Shown here piece by piece: positions 63,223-64,000 of a stretch of 64,000 nucleotides of DNA. The stretch's first letter is position 1. Each line of letters opens with the position of its first letter. The position numbers and the translations under genes were made by a program. The stretch is from Phoronis australis (taxonomy: Eukaryota > Animalia > Phoronida). The stretch spans positions 55,644 to 119,643 of the forward strand of contig NMRA01000856.1 in the NCBI GenBank assembly GCA_002633005.1, read 5' to 3'. The notes beneath the pieces were generated by a model. It did no database searches, had not been told where the DNA came from, and was given only the letters and a program-made list of their open reading frames with translations.

Positions 63223-64000
63223 ACTAGGTGGTTTAATCACTCTCCCAGATCTGGTTGTCACAGGCTGGTTAGGTCTTACTTCACTTTTGATGGTGTGTGG
63301 GTAGGAGCTTTCTTTGACAGATTTTTCATCAACCATGTGTTCCGGTTTGTAGTCTGCAGGCTCGGCCTGTCTGACTTCTTTTGTTTTAGTGCGCTTGTTT
63401 GTGTTGTTGACGCTTCAGGTCGCGATCTGTGTGCTTCTGACTAACTACTTCAGGTTTGAGTAATGAAGTGGCTGTAGGCAGCATTGTTTTGGTCCTTCTA
63501 CTCATCAAGCGTTGTGCGGGACTAGATAACAAACCTTGGGTAGGAGTGTTTCTGTGATCTAGCATAGCTAAATAATGGCATCACTACCGGAATCGTTACA
63601 CTTCCTGAATATGCGTTTAGCAGTTTTCACGGCAGACTCTGCTTTACCGTTGGCTTTACTGTTGCCAGGACTGCTAGTTGCGCGAACAATATCCCATGAT
63701 TTGCAAAATCTTACAAAATCATGGCACGAATATTGCGGACCATATTGTCGGACGAGATGGTATCTGGAATACCATGTCGCGAGAAGTGTGCTTTGAGCTT
63801 CTCAATTACAGCTGTTGCGCTCGTGCTGTAAAGTCGATCTACTTCCCAGAAATTACTGTAATAGTCGACAACTATCAAATATCCTCTGCCATTGAATGTG
63901 AACAAATCTGTTCCAACTTTAGCTCATGGTCTGTCAGGTAAATCATGGCTCATCAATGGTTCTGGGGGGTTTGCCGTCTCGAATTTTCTGCATGTGTCGC
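63220..64000 (-). mobile_element. Ty3/Gypsy retrotransposon pol, integrase region (degenerate, runs off the window)
   Basis: YLIVVDYYSNFWEV...FSRHGIPDTISSDN, ANGKAESAVKTAK, HRNTP...SPAQRLMSRRTKT and C-terminal TRSGRVIKPP. Confidence 0.92.

Overview
AT-rich, repeat-dense animal (probably marine invertebrate) genomic scaffold, not prokaryotic. The ORF track is mostly noise, and the real genes were reconstructed by hand from splice sites. There are two host genes. (1) A 13-exon + strand phospholipase B1-like GDSL/SGNH lipase (462..37011, 486 aa by my exon sum) with signal peptide, one catalytic domain and a C-terminal TM anchor. (2) A - strand, single-coding-exon FKRP/LicD-like type II membrane protein (49125..47393) broken by a frameshift near 48088. 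The rest is transposon debris: a hAT element, Kolobok-like TTAA elements, a solo LTR, MITEs, LINE and Gypsy fragments, a tRNA-derived repeat and minisatellites. Three N-bounded near-identical duplications look like uncollapsed haplotypes. The most notable observations are an intronic repeat family carrying about 25 co-oriented CTCF-like motifs in a ~430-bp three-subunit higher-order repeat, a solo LTR with perfect heat-shock elements upstream of its TATA box, and a Kolobok derivative keeping a P2X7-ballast-like Cys motif opposite its transposase remnant. I cannot support a wholly new multi-gene system from sequence alone.
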